Made by a program: the position numbers and the translations under genes. Shown here one piece after another: positions 38,435 through 53,743 of a stretch of DNA of 64,000 bases (the stretch's first letter is position 1; each line of letters starts with the position of its first letter). Origin of the DNA: Chrysomallon squamiferum (Eukaryota; Animalia; Mollusca); contig CM022669.1 in the NCBI GenBank assembly GCA_012295275.1, positions 17,918,001-17,982,000 on the forward strand. Direction: 5' to 3'. The notes beneath the pieces are model-generated. The model made no database searches and was not told where the DNA came from. It worked only from the letters and a program-made list of their open reading frames with translations.

Positions 38435-38893
38435 ATTCAGTGATTAATTCTCAGTGATTAATGGGTTCATGCTGATTAAAATGAATCTTATTTTGTGACA
38501 TTGTTTACATTTTAAAATGTATATCTGTTACATTTTTTAAAACCACTATATTGTTTTATGAATATATATCAATGAATTGTAATATTTTAATTTGTTTAAT
38601 GTTTTGTGCAGATCTGGGGTTAAAATTGGTTAAAACAGCAATGTTAAATGATTATTAGTTTGAACAATCACAGGGAAAGAGACTGTGTTAAAAAAATAAT
38701 TATTTTATTTAAGTTGTATTTTTCTGTTCATGTATTCTTTTGACTATTAAACAGTTTATTGCTCAGTCTGTTTTTGAAATACACTTAGCCTTAATTACAA
38801 ACATATCTAATTTCTCTTCCTTGCAGAATTGTCTTAGTATTAAGGTGTCATTCTATAGACACACACACACACACATACATACAAAAATCTATT

Positions 38894-38924
<31 letters not shown>

Positions 38925-38999
38925 CTATCTATCTATCTATCTATACACATACATAAATATGTTTATATATATATTGTATGTATGTGTATGTGTGTGTAT

Positions 39000-39054
<55 letters not shown>

Positions 39055-39913
39055 CACACACATACATACAATATATATATAAACATATATATATGTATAT
39101 GTGTATAGATAGATAGATAGATAGATAGATATTGATAGATATAGATATGTATAGATAGACAGATGCAGATAAACAGATATAAATATAGTCAAAAAGGCAC
39201 AGATATTTTATTGGAAAAACATACTAAAACATTTTGTGTCAAAATTGTGAGATTTTCAACTAAAAATGCCTGTATTTTATAATTTTTAAATTTACAATGG
39301 TATTACTGAAACGTAAGAAATGGGTGTCAGGCAGTGAAAAGAATTTTGTTTTTACATTTAAAATTTCTCATGATCCTAATGAAATGTAGAATGTTGAAAA
39401 AGCAAAACGAAATTTTTCTTTAAATACCTTTATAATTGTTGTTTACACTAAAGACTTGCTACCTCAATTCCATATACTTACATATGTTAGTCAATATCTG
39501 TTTGTTACCCAATCTCTATCTTTATTTTCTTTATTCATTAGTGGTTACATATATACCAATATTATATATCATTAAAAGTATATTTAAATAATTCCACCAT
39601 GTTGTATGCATTATATAGTCAATATACAGTTGTTATCCAGTATCTTTATTTTTTCTATATGTTAGTATCAAATATATGTCAATATTATACACTCATAAAA
39701 CAATATTTAGATAATTCCATACTTGTTAGTCAATATACAGTTATTGTTGAACTTCAGTCTTTATTTATTTTCTTTATTCATTACTAACAAATATATACCA
39801 ATATTATACACTTAAAACAATATTTAGATAATTCATACATTTATATGTGTTAGTACGTAGTTGTTATCAAACCTATTTCTTTATTTTTTATTTATTAGTA
39901 TTAGATAAATATT

Positions 39914-39946
<33 letters not shown>

Positions 39947-40417
39947 TACATACATTATACATTTTTAAATAAAAAATACTGAGAGTTTTTGCATGAATTC
40001 ATATGAATTAAAACATTCATATTTAAGTTTATATTTTCTGTACCTAAGGTGAACAGTCCCCCAGTAGCTCATTTTCAAGTATGAGTTTCCTGTATTAGCC
40101 ACTCATGGGTGGGGGTGTCATCACTCACCAGGTGACTCACTGTCGCTGCATTATAGGTACACAAAGAATTAATTTTGGTTAAAATAATTTTTAAAACAAT
40201 TACTTGGTGAGGAATGATAACCTATGCAAATTTTATTCAAAGTATATGACACAGTGAAATTATTTAAACATAGTACTAATACTATTACTCTCATTTTTGT
40301 CTTACTATTATTTATTAATTTTATTTTTTTTATTTATTTTTTTATTTATCTGTTTATTTATTTATCTGTTTGTATATTTATTTATTTATTTATCTGTTTG
40401 TTTATTTATTTATATGT

Positions 40418-40452
<35 letters not shown>

Positions 40453-40939
40453 TCTGTTTATTTATTTATCTATCTATAATCTATTTATTTATTTATTTAT
40501 TTACGTAGTTTTACTTATTTTTTTAGCAATCTGTTAAAGCTGTTTAGTAATGCTAAAATATATCTTCTTTAATCAATGAAAATACTTAATATCATTTCTT
40601 GTGTCATGTACTATGAATTGATTTTGAGGCATCGGCCTAAAAATAAATATACTAAAAATAAGTTGGATGCTGATTTAGATGGTTCACCAAAATAAAACAG
40701 ATCGTGATGTATATAGATAATTTTGTTTGTCTGCCAAGTTTGAAAAATTAAAATTCGACCATGAACCTTCTAACACACAGTTGTAGTTAAGGCAAAGTCA
40801 GAAAAATTTACACATTAATTATTCTTCATATTTTCATGAAACACTGATGATCTGTTATCTATAAATAACTAAACTATAATTGTAAACGTAATATCTAATA
40901 AATACACATACACATATATACATGCTCATTTTCTTATTG

Positions 40940-43540
40940 ATCATACACATTAATTATACCCAGTTTCTTTCTCATGCATAGATTATATACCCCACCCTTT
41001 CTTTCTTACTGATACATTAAATATACCCCCCCCTTCTTACTCACACACAAATTATATACCCTCTCTTTCTTTCCCACACCTATATTATATACCCCACCCC
41101 TCAAACATTAAATAATTTCTTTTTTCTCAAGCACACACTATATAGTATATACCCTCCTTTCCCTTTCTTTCTAAAACACATTAAATATACTCTTCCTTTT
41201 TTTTCTCACTCACACATTAATCTCACTTTCTTTTCTGAATCACAAACTATATAAACCCCTCCTTTCTTTCTTTCACATACACAAATTATATATCCTACCT
41301 TTTCTTTCTCAATCACATTAAATACCTTCCCTTTCTTTTCAATCACACACACACATATTAAATATACCCCTCCCTTTCTTTCTCAATCACACATTATATA
41401 TACCATCCCTTACTTTCTGCACACACAAAAAAAATACCTATTCCTTTCATTCCTATAAAAACACATTTCAATCCCACATTATCCAACATTTACCTTTCCA
41501 CCAAACACTTATTATACACACTTCCCTTTCTTTCCTACACACACACATCAAATACGCCTCCTTTCTCTCTAACACACATCCATTTTATATACCATTATAT
41601 CTTTACTTTCTTAAACATACATTATATACCCCTCTCTTTCTTTTTCTCAATCACACATTATGCACTACTCTTTTTTTTTCCTTTCCTAAACACACATCAT
41701 ATACCCCTCCTTTCTTCCTACATACACATTAAATACCTCCTTCCTATCTTTTCTCAATAACACATTAAACCCATTTCCCTTTTCTTCCATACACACACTT
41801 ATATATCCCTCCCTTTCTTTTCCTACCCAAACATATATATACCCCTATCTTTCTTTCTTTACACACACACATTATATACTTCTTCTTTTTTCCTACAAAT
41901 GAATTATATATGTCAATCCCTTTATCTTTAATACACACACATTATATATATACCCTCCCTTTCTTTCTAAACACACACATTATATTTCCCTCCATATCTC
42001 TCATAAATATACATCATACCCCTCCCTTTATTTCCTATAAACACATTATATAATCCCTATCTTTTTTTCTCAATCACACATTATATACCCCTATCTTTTT
42101 TCCTAAAACAACATTATACATCCCTCTCTTCCTTTCTAAACACACATTATATATCCATCCCTTTCTTTCCTAAACACACATTATATACCCCATCCTTTTT
42201 TTCCTACACAAACATTATATACCACTATTTTTTTTCCTATCACACACATTATATACCCCTATCTTTCTTTCCTAAACACAAATTATATCACCATCCCTTT
42301 TTTTTCCTTTTCCTTCACACATTATATACCACCTCCCTTTCTTTTCCTACACACACATTATATATACGTCCCTTTTTTTTAAACACACATTATATACCCC
42401 TATCTTTCTTTCCTACACACACACATTATATACCCCCTCCTTTTTTTCTAAAACACATTATACCCTCCTTTCTTTCTAAAACACATTATATATACCCTTT
42501 CTTCTTAAAACACACATTATATATCCTCCCTTCTTTTCCTAAACATTATTTCCCTAAAACACACATTATATACCCTCCCTTTTCTTTTCTAAAACACACA
42601 TTATATACCACACCCTTTCTTTTTCCTACACACATTATATACCCCTCCCTTTCTTTTCTAAAAACACACATTATATACCCCTCCCTTCTTTTCTAAAACA
42701 CACATATATACCCCTCCCTTTTTTTCTAAACACACATTATATACCCCTCCCTTTCTTTCTTTCTAAAACACACATTATATACCCTCCCTTTCTTTCTAAA
42801 ACACACATTATATACCCTCCTTTCTTTCTAAAACACACATTATATACCCCTCTCTTTCTTTTCCTATACACACATTATACACCTCCTTCTNNNNNNNNNN
42901 NNNNNNNNNNNNNNNNNNNNNNNNNNNNNNNNNNNNNNNNNNNNNNNNNNNNNNNNNNNNNNNNNNNNNNNNNNNNNNNNNNNNNNNNNNNNNNNNNNNN
43001 NNNNNNNNNNNNNNNNNNNNNNNNNNNNNNNNNNNNNNNNNNNNNNNNNNNNNNNNNNNNNNNNNNNNNNNNNNNNNNNNNNNNNNNNNNATACACCTCC
43101 CTTTCATTCCTAAACACACATTATATACCCCTCCCTTTGTTTTTCCTACACCCATTATATACCCTCCGTTTCTTTCCTACAAACACATAATATATACCCC
43201 TTTCTTTCTTTCTCAATCACACATTATATACCTCTTCTTTCTTTTCCAAATACTATATATATACTATATACCCCATCCTTTTTTTCTCATACACAAATTA
43301 TATACCCTCCCTTTCTTTCTCAGTCCCAAATACTATATATATATATACTATATACCCCATCCTTTTTTTCTCAATCACACATTATATACACCTCCCTTTC
43401 TTTCTCACACACACATTAAATACACCTCCCTTTCTTTCTCACTGATTATATATAGCCTACCTTTCTTTCTCACACATACAATATATACCCCTCCTTTTTT
43501 TCTCAAACATGCATTATGTTCCCCTCCCTTTCTTTCTCGC
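40940..43540. repeat. Large pyrimidine/A-rich minisatellite (~30-36-bp unit) containing a 200-N assembly gap (42891-43090)
   Basis: Dozens of ACACACATTATATACCCCTCCCTTTCTTTCCTAA-like units; the plus strand is almost G-free. Confidence 0.92.
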
Positions 43541-43939
43541 GTTATTTCTTATTTTAGATAAAAGGTACAGTAGATATAAGATAAATCTGTGGAAGGAAGA
43601 TAATTAAGGAAAGCTATGGAAATTGAAAGAAAAAAAGTTATGAAATTATGAGTATATAAATGCATTTTTTGTAATCGAATATATTTACTATTTCACAGTC
43701 ATTCACACATATGTACACACAGACTCACACACACATACACACACTTCCTTTTCCTCTGTTAATTTATCAAAATGTTTCATGAAAATATGATCGAAGTATA
43801 TTATTTTAAACGTTTTTAGTTAATAGTCTCAGATAAATAGTAATTTTCCTTTTGTAATTTAACTATAAAATAAAATTTTAACTTACAGAAGTTGTCTCTA
43901 ATTTAATTTTTTATAAGATTTTGATTAAAACAATCTGCC

Positions 43940-44060
43940 CTGCCCAACCGCAACTGTGGGTTTGTTGTTAATGACGTCAATCCATTGTTGGCGCCTTATT
44001 TATTTCCCGAAATGATGACGTCAGAAACAAAATTAATTGTCGGCTATATACGGATGTTTT
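43940..44060 (+). promoter_or_regulatory. Putative promoter/enhancer with two perfect CRE palindromes
   Basis: TGACGTCA at 43972-43979 and at 44016-44023, followed by a TATA-like CTATATA near 44044. This is the start of a CpG-retaining zone. Confidence 0.4.
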
Positions 44061-44683
44061 TATTTTTATATTTTTTGAAATTATATTATGATATTATTCA
44101 TAAACTATTTACGAGAAATTAGTGAAAAATAAATAAGTAAATATAAATGATATTTATCGTGCAGTAAACAATTGTACATAGTGACTTCATGATACACATA
44201 AAATCGGCGAAATGACAGCTACTTTGATTTTTTTTTATATAGTTAACAAAGATTTGTTTATATAAGGAAATAAAATAATAACTTGTAAGTTTACGAACTA
44301 TTTGTGATTTTCATTGTTCGCTCTACCACTGGGATGCTAAGCATTAAAACATTTTCAAGAATCTTAATTAATGAAAACATCGAAACGATAGAAGATACTG
44401 TTTTAATGTCTGTGTGCGTGCGTGCGTGTGTGTGTGTGTGTGTGTAAAGAAATGTATCATATCACTGAAACGACATATCACTAATCTGCATGTGTCTAGT
44501 TGAACATCGGACGACGTGACAAAGGCTAGATACAATAAAAGTGCAGAAACTCCATTGTACAGTTTTAGTGAATGAGATATTAATAATAAAATAAGAATGG
44601 ACTGAATTGTTTATGTTAATACGGGTCCATTTTTATTATGTTTGAACTTTATATTTGCCTGTGCGCTCTGTGAGACAGATTAA

Positions 44684-44715
<32 letters not shown>

Positions 44716-47427
44716 CATTGTGCATATGTATGTATACAGTTACAATCTGACAAAATGGACAAAAATGAACAATAAATATCCAAATAATTTGATTTATCAA
44801 ATATTTTCTTTTCCAAAGATAATTAGTTAAGTTTAATATAGTTAAGCACCTATATTATCACTCATATACTGGCGTTCTTACATGCATCGACACCATCATG
44901 TATACATTAAAATAATAACGGCAAGTAAAATCGGAAAAACGAGATGCACATACAATTAAACTCGTAATTATAATTTTTTTTAAAACCTGTAATTTTCACA
45001 CACTTGTGTGTGAATTTTTTTAAAAAGTTTTTTTCTTTTTCTTTTATTTAGTTGTTTATTTTTTCTTTTCTTTCTTTTTTTTTTTATTTATTTATTTTTT
45101 ATTATTATTTTATTGTTTTTTTTTCTGGTCTTTTTTATTTTTTTATTTTTGCGTCTTTTTTCTTAGGTGGGTGTTTTTTTTTTTTTTTGTTTTTGTTTGT
45201 TTTATTTTATTTATTTTTTTATTTTTTTACTTATATTTATTTATTTATTTTATTATTTTATTTATTTTGGTTTTGTTTTGCGGTTTTTTGTTTATATGGT
45301 TGTTGTTTTTTTGTTTTGTTTTTTTTTTTTTTTTTTTTTTTTTATACTTGTCCCTCTTCATTTTCTCAGACGTTAACCAGTTCAAGTCGTTCGTTTTCGA
45401 CAACAAACAAAAACTAACATCGGTGATGACGAATACGTCGTTCACTGTACGGACAGCATTGTTGTCATCTATTGACGACATCATACTGCTGCAGCTGTTC
45501 ACATTACATTCACGTGACCTTGTTCTGAGAGTGGGCTTCTAACCGATGTAAATGAGACATAAACTGTATTGTATTCTGAACTGTACAGGAATATTATTCA
45601 TTGTTCAGTTAGTACGTATTGATCTGAACGCTCAGTTCATAATTTATATGATTTCATAATTTAAGAATTCGCTGTAAACCATCCCACCTAAATGTGTAAT
45701 TTTTCTCGTGTCTAATTTTCGTACGTGTTTCTGTTGTTATTGGAATACAATATGCTGTGAGATTTCGATAAACTGATGAAAGTTGTCGTTTGGAATTAAA
45801 ACATTTAAGGATATCGTTATAAATTCGCGATAATTTTGTGGTCAAGGATTTAAACATTTAAGGATGTCGGCGAAAACCCTACGAAAATTTATGGGCCGGA
45901 ATTTAAACTGATCAAAGTTGTGTAACACGTTTTAAGTTTTTTAAAGACACAATAAAACTTATAATTGTTGGTGAAAATGAAGAAGTAAGAGCTTCAGGAC
46001 TAAGTGATTGCAATACAAAAAAAAAAAAAAGAAAGTGAAAGTCTACTAAGTATTAAGAATAAAAACTTGGACGCGTCAATATTTTGTTTATTTATTTAAA
46101 GAAAGGCAACTATAACGTTTGTATTTGACTGCGTGGAATACGGATTTTTATTTAAGGACAAGAGTTTGTGTGCACTGCATCAGACGCTAGCATGGAATTT
46201 TAAATACAAATACAGGTAAATTAATTTTGTAGTTATTTTTTGATGATTGTGTATATAAATATTTCGTTCTTCTGTTCCTCCTCCTACTCATCGTCATCAT
46301 TACAGTAATCATCATCATCCTCGTCTTTCCAACTTAATATTAACGACGGTAACAACGATACTAATGTGTTGATGTTCTTGCTTTTGACAGTAGTGATAGT
46401 GGTAGCAGCAGCAGTAATAGTAGTTGTTGTAAAAGAAGTAGAAGGAGTTAAAAAAAAAAAAAAAAATGGTAGTAAACGTAAAAGTAGTTGTAGTAGTAGC
46501 AGATTAGTAAAAAGAGTTTTAAAATATTTTTATAAATTTTTTATTTAAACGCAAAATAAAGCGAGATATCAGGTGTTTGTTTTAAATATTTATTTATTTA
46601 TTGTTATTATTAGTAGTAGTATTAGTAGTATTTTTTAGTATTATTTATTAATTTTTTTTAAATTAATATATTCATTTCTTTTTAAAAAATTTATTTATTT
46701 ATCTATTTATTTATTTATTAGTATTTCTATTAAAATTAGTCATTATTTTATTATTTTTATTTTATTTTATTTACTTATTTTATTTTGTTATTTATTTATT
46801 ATATATTTTTTAATTTATCTTCATTTTTTTGTTTTTTTATTTTCTTCATTTTGTGTTGTTTTTGTTCAATTTTCCCCCTTTTTTTTTTTTTTTTTTTTCA
46901 TTTTCTGTTTTATTATTATCATTTTTTTTTTTTTTTCCTCTTGACAATTGATTAATATAACAGTAAATTGCGCAAAAGCAACAGGTAGAAAAACGCCCAG
47001 TTTTCCTCTGGAGCTGTACAAGTTTATATTGTTGTCCTAAATCGATTTACGACGAATTTTCAGCAGATCGATGCGGTTTCGTGAATGCCGTGTTCAAACA
47101 TCTGTCGTCAGTTTTCGTGCCACACTACATTTAACTACTGGACACACCCAGATCTCCCCGTGCGAGCTGCATCACTAATACGCTGAAATCATTTTTATTT
47201 ATATATCGATGAAGCAAACGTAGACTGGCATAACTTACTAAGCATGAGTTTTTTTTGTTTTTAAATAATTAAAAAAATGTATGTGTTATTTTATATTACA
47301 AGATCTGTCTATAGTTTCTGAAGCTCATTACCGATGATGTCTTAGTTTGGATGTTTCTGTTTTACTGTTAGAGATATGTACATACTTTATCATACATACA
47401 CATATATATATATAAACACTGATACGT

Positions 47428-47561
<134 letters not shown>

Positions 47562-48993
47562 CTTCATAAAAGAAAACTTCTAGTGATTAAAAATAATAGT
47601 AATTTATAAAATATCTAGGCTATTTTCTGTCACATTTCTGTTAATATACTGATGATTAATATATGAGATTAAAACCTTAGTCTAATGATGTATTTAGTGA
47701 CCGATATTACAGACATTTTGTATACTCTCAAGTTTTCCTGTTTCTGCTAATGCTAAAATATAACAATAAAACAATATACAACAATAAATCAATGCACTGA
47801 GACTGTCATTTCCTTGATCAAAATATATTATTCAGCTATACATATAGACAACTGCAAAGTTCTGCATCCTCAGTCTGTCGGAAATTTGTTAATTTTTCAA
47901 TATACGAAATGAAGTCACGAAAAGAAAAAGAAGAAAAAAAAACCCCAAAAAACCCCACCTCCAAGCGTTCTGACGAGTACATATTTTAATGATTATAACT
48001 TTATTATTACTAAAGAATGTTCGCCATAATATATATATATATATATTATTTTTCAGAATCATATGAAATTATATTAAATTTTAACATTAGACGTATTGAC
48101 TTCTAACTCAACATTCTTTTTGCTGCTTGTCTTAGTGTACTGGGAATAAAGTCGGCCGAATATTAATTAATAATACCAACATATGTGCTTTATATCTTGC
48201 GAACGATCTCTGTATACGGCACATTTGTAGTAAATATTCAGACATTGTTATTAGTTTTTATGTTTTTAACTTATGTAAAATGAGTCAATACGACCTAAAT
48301 GCCAACACAGTGAAGAAAATGTGTACATGTGTTCATTTTTCTGCTTCGTTACATTTTGCAGCTGGTGAATCTTTTATTCATCACGTTTTCATTTTTCTTT
48401 TTGAATTTATCATATTTTTCAATTTTATTTCGTTATGGACACTTACATGTAATAACTTATATAGAAACAGTCATTTATTATTGCTTATGATTTTCTAAAT
48501 TTTGTACATCGTGTTGTGTAATGTTTGAAACTGAAACTGGATATTACTTTTTGATCCATTACCTATATATTTTGCATACATACGCAACAATACATGCATA
48601 TTTATGAACACAAAAATAGATGTTTAGACACATATAGACACACATACATACATGCATCCATGCATGCATACATAGACATAAGCACTTTCATTTACACATA
48701 TACACACACACATCCACACAGACATACACATGAATGATTTTGTATTATTTGAATACGGAAAAATTAATTATACGTCTGTTTTGTTTTGCTTTTATGGTGT
48801 TTATTTTTTTTTCTTTCTTCGTCATCATCATCAACATAATAATAATAATAATAATAATAATAAAATAATAATAATAATAATAATAATTGTTATTATCATT
48901 ATTATAATTATCATCATCATCATCATCATCATTTTATTATTATTATCATCATTATTATCATTATTATTATTATCATTATAATCATCATCATCA

Positions 48994-49033
<40 letters not shown>

Positions 49034-49608
49034 TACTACTATTTTAAATCTTGAATAATTTCCTCCCAACAAAAAGACCATTCCATCTTAACAAAATTTT
49101 TCTTCTTTTTTTTCCTATTGAGAAAAAAATTACCACTGATACTAAATTTCTTTTATAAACAACAAAGTCGTATGGGTATTCTTCCACCAAAAGATGCTCA
49201 ATTCACGGTTTCACATGGAACAATCTGTCGAAATAACCTTCGACAATCTTTGGGCTGCATGCATCTATTATTTACTCACCGCTCGATCTAATTTTCCACA
49301 TTTCTATTGGCAACGTGTAGTCAGCCTGCCGTGGCGATGAATTAATAATAAGTTCGGTAACTGTTAATTAAAACTCAGGTATGTATCTTTGTGCTTGGTT
49401 AAGAAGTCGCTGCCAGAGCAAGTTCAGGTGAATGTAGCTTAGAAATATCTCGTTGTAAGTATGCGTTTCATTTTCTTTTTTCTTTTCTTTTCTTTTTTTT
49501 TTGTTTTTTTTTGTTGTAGAATATGCGTGGTGTTTATTTCAACCTGTAAGTTTGAACGTAGTTTGAACGTAACTCTATTTTCAGTTTATGTGTACATTAA
49601 ACTATGCA

Positions 49609-49641
<33 letters not shown>

Positions 49642-49682
49642 CATGAAAATAATAATAATAATAATAATAATAATAATCATAA

Positions 49683-49718
<36 letters not shown>

Positions 49719-50299
49719 GGTGATGATAATAATAAAATAATAATGATGATGATAATGATGATGATAACTGAAGATGCTGCACTCAGAGAATCTTATACAC
49801 ATACCGAGTTTTCACGATAATCGTTTATCTGAATTTATTATTCTTATAATTACTACTATTTTCACCTGCATATGTTTTCGCCCCATTATCTACCTTTGTA
49901 TGTGTTTTTTTGCGTATTATCAAGTGTATGTTTGTGTGTGTCATTCTGAGTATTTTTAAATGTGTGTTTGTGTTTGTGTGTGTATAAGCGTGAATGAGTA
50001 TCTCAAACGTGACTCAGATAGAACACTTCGACAAAGTTCTAGGTAGATTTAAGTGATTTTGATGACACTAATATATGTCCATTTTTTAAAAAGACAATTT
50101 CAAAAGTTATGTTTTGATCTTCTTCTTCTGTTCTTTACCTAAACTGTTCATTCATTTACGATTAAAACTGTGCCAGCTGTATAGTTAAATAAAACATTTC
50201 TCATTTCATGTAATTAAAGATTTTATAATATTTTCTTTTGAACATGATGACAGTAATACACATGCACATTCAGAGAAGAAATAAACTTTTCCTTGAAAA

Positions 50300-50344
<45 letters not shown>

Positions 50345-50619
50345 TGTCTTCTCTTTCTCTCATTTTTCTTGTCTTCTCTTTCTCTCTCTCTATCTTCTGT
50401 CTCTCTCTCTCTTTTCTCTCTCTTCATTTTTCTGTATTAATTTCTATGTTTCTAATTAAAATACTACTTTTTACTATTATTATTGTTATTATTATTATTG
50501 TTGTTGTTGTTATTATTATTATTTATGAATCAGTATTTGTTAATTTAAAATAATCAAACCTTTGCTATATTTACTGATTTAAATATAAAAAAAAAATATT
50601 TTCCTCATTCGGTCTGTTT

Positions 50620-50620
<1 letters not shown>

Positions 50621-50710
<90 letters not shown>
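50621..50710. repeat. (CT)n microsatellite
   Basis: Directly visible. Confidence 0.95.
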
Positions 50711-50713
<3 letters not shown>

Positions 50714-51151
50714 AAACGTCAAACAACTATATAGGAAAAGAGAAACTCTTTGTTCCAGCTATGTAGACGTTACATGCGTCTTATTTTCAAACACGCAACA
50801 ATCAAAATGCAACCTTGCCACTTCACAATGCCTGTTTACGATGGTGTTTTTGTTAGTCAGCTGTGTTATTCATGACAAGCAGTGTTCTGTTTTACCACTG
50901 CAAGACGATACCGTTACAACGACATTACGTTTTTCTTGTAAATTTAGATAAACAAAAAAAGCTAAAAAATCTTTCTTTACAAATATTTAACACCTTTTTG
51001 TTGTCGTTGTTGTTGTTTTTTCTTTTTTCTTCCTCTTCTTTTAATCATCATATTCATTGTGAAAATAACAATTATAATAATGATAATAATAATAACAATT
51101 ATAATTGTAATAATAATAAAACAAAAATAATAATAATAACAATAACAATAA

Positions 51152-51184
<33 letters not shown>

Positions 51185-51444
51185 TATTATTATTATTATT
51201 AAATTTCATTATCGTAATAGCAGAAATAGTAGCAGTTAGAATATTTATAGTGATAGTAATAGATATAGTTGTAATATAGTTAGAAGCAGTAGTGTGGTAA
51301 TAATAGTAGTAATATAAATAGTTATAGTAGTAATATAAATAGTAGAATGTGCAATGTGTTTACATAAGCGTATAGGATGTGTTCATCGTCCATGTAGTTT
51401 TAGCATCTGCATGGTGAATGTAGAAATCTCTTTGTGTGTGAGTG

Positions 51445-51475
<31 letters not shown>

Positions 51476-51890
51476 GTGTGTGTTTGTCTGTGTGTGTATG
51501 TGTGTTTGTGTGTGTGTGTGTGTCTGTGTGTACGATGCAGTAATTAAAAACAAATGAAAGATCAAACGGAATAGTCTACAGCCCTTCCAGTAATAGTATA
51601 ATTACCATCGTCGTTGTCATCATAATCATTTATTTATTTATTTATTTGCTTATTTATATGTGTTCGTCTGGTTATTTACTTACGTTATATTATTTATTTA
51701 TTTTTTAATATTATTATATAATTTTCCTTTTTTTTTGTTTTGTTATTTATTTATTAATATTATGTTTTTATAGCCTGTTTATATATTTATTTATTATTAT
51801 TTATTATTATTTATTTATTTATAAGCGTTCGTCTGTTTATTCATATGTTTGTTCATCTATTTATTTATTTACGGTTTTATTTATTTACAG

Positions 51891-51970
51891 ATATGGATAC
51901 TGCACTTTTTCAAAACTGAGAGATTTGGTGATTTACTTAGGAATGATTAAGTAGGCTAACAGAAACAAAG
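51891..51970 (+). other. Putative non-coding 5' UTR exon of ADGRV1
   Basis: An 80-nt complex island in low-complexity DNA, bounded by tttacag| and AAG|gtaagt. The ADGRV1 ATG sits directly after an acceptor AG, so an upstream exon is expected. Confidence 0.55.
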
Positions 51971-52124
51971 GTAAGTACAGCTGAAGTTAATTTCACGTAT
52001 GAACGGACACGCACATGGTAAAATTATTATTATTATTATTATTTTTTTTTTTTTTTTTTTTTTTTTTTGAATGTCTTCACTTCTTTGTAATTAACAGAAC
52101 AAATGAATTACAATTTATGGCGTA

Positions 52125-52172
<48 letters not shown>

Positions 52173-52615
52173 ATAAGTGACATATCTTATGGACAGCAGA
52201 TTTCGCACGTGTTCCGTCTACCATTTGAAAGAGGGCGCCACTAAGCGTCTGAAATGGTACGGAGTTACTAAAAATAGGTGTCAGCTTTACGTTTGGACAA
52301 GCGCGCAGTTTTGTGATAGCCACAGACGATGTTTTCCGTAGACAAGCCCGTGATAAATAATCAATGATTTCAAAATCGATTCTTGTAAGGAAACCATTCT
52401 GGTGCAGTGTATACTTTATTACCATTCTTTTGTGGGTACGGCTATGCAGACGGCATGTTATTGTGATATATATGTACGATTTGAAACAATCATCACCATG
52501 CACCTTACCCCCCCAAAAAATAAATATAAATTTTTATTATTTTTTATAAACTTTTTTTCATAATTTTTTTGTTTGTTTGTTTCTTTATTTTATTATTGTT
52601 ATTGTTATTGTTATT

Positions 52616-52698
<83 letters not shown>

Positions 52699-52981
52699 AT
52701 TATTATTATTAAATGAATTCCAAAATAGGTGAGTACAATTCTAATATTTATGTATTTATGTAAACGGAAAAAAAATCTGAAATTAATAACAATTATTTTA
52801 TGGATCACAACAGTACTGGTTTAAGTTCAAGTTAAAAAATAATAATAGTAGTAGTAGTAGTAATAATAATTAATAAATAAATAAATAAATAAAACGACTA
52901 AATAAATAAACAACAACAGCAGCAACAACAATAACAACAATATTAATTATTGTACTGGTAAATATATTGTTTTATGTCAGG

Positions 52982-53015
<34 letters not shown>

Positions 53016-53743
53016 GTAATCAAATATATGCTTATTTATTAAATATACAATATAACATCATTACTAATATACATTATTCAGTCTGTAACAACAAATTAAC
53101 TATTCATAATTTCAACAATACCAGTAACTAATGTGAAATAAACAGATGTGTATATTAGTTTATGACACCCTAGAATATCTTAATAATAAAGCTGTTACAA
53201 TGTACTTTCCAGTCAGTCTTTATTTTATTTAATAATACAACAAAAGAAAGCATGCTGTAATACATCATGGGTTACTCTTTTTGTCAACAGCAAGCCATCT
53301 TTTAATTTAGTTTTTTCCAATAATAAAGTAAAATAAAAATGAGCAGCTGGTTGGAATTGTAAAAATTATGACTAATACAGTGAATATTATCATTTAATGA
53401 AATTACATTTATTGTTTTTGTCATTGTCAGCTGTTCATCTTTATTGTTGTATTTCATATTAGTCTACACAGTGATGTTATAGAAATATGTAGAGTGCTTT
53501 TATTCTTTGTACATGTCTTCTTGTATGCTATCTGAATGAGATATATATATATATACTTACCTATGTATATGTATAAATAGTATGTATATCTGTTTATCTA
53601 TCCACCTATCTATCTATCCATCTTCTTTCTATCTGTCTGTCTGACTGTCTGTCTGTTTTCTGTTTATCTGCAATGCTAGTAACATCCAGTACAGACTGTT
53701 GATGTTTGGTTCCCATTTCAAACAGCTAATTAATTAGGGGAAA

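Noticed and set aside
42808-43155. ORFs spanning the N-run
   Set aside because: Artefacts of the 200-N gap inside a minisatellite.
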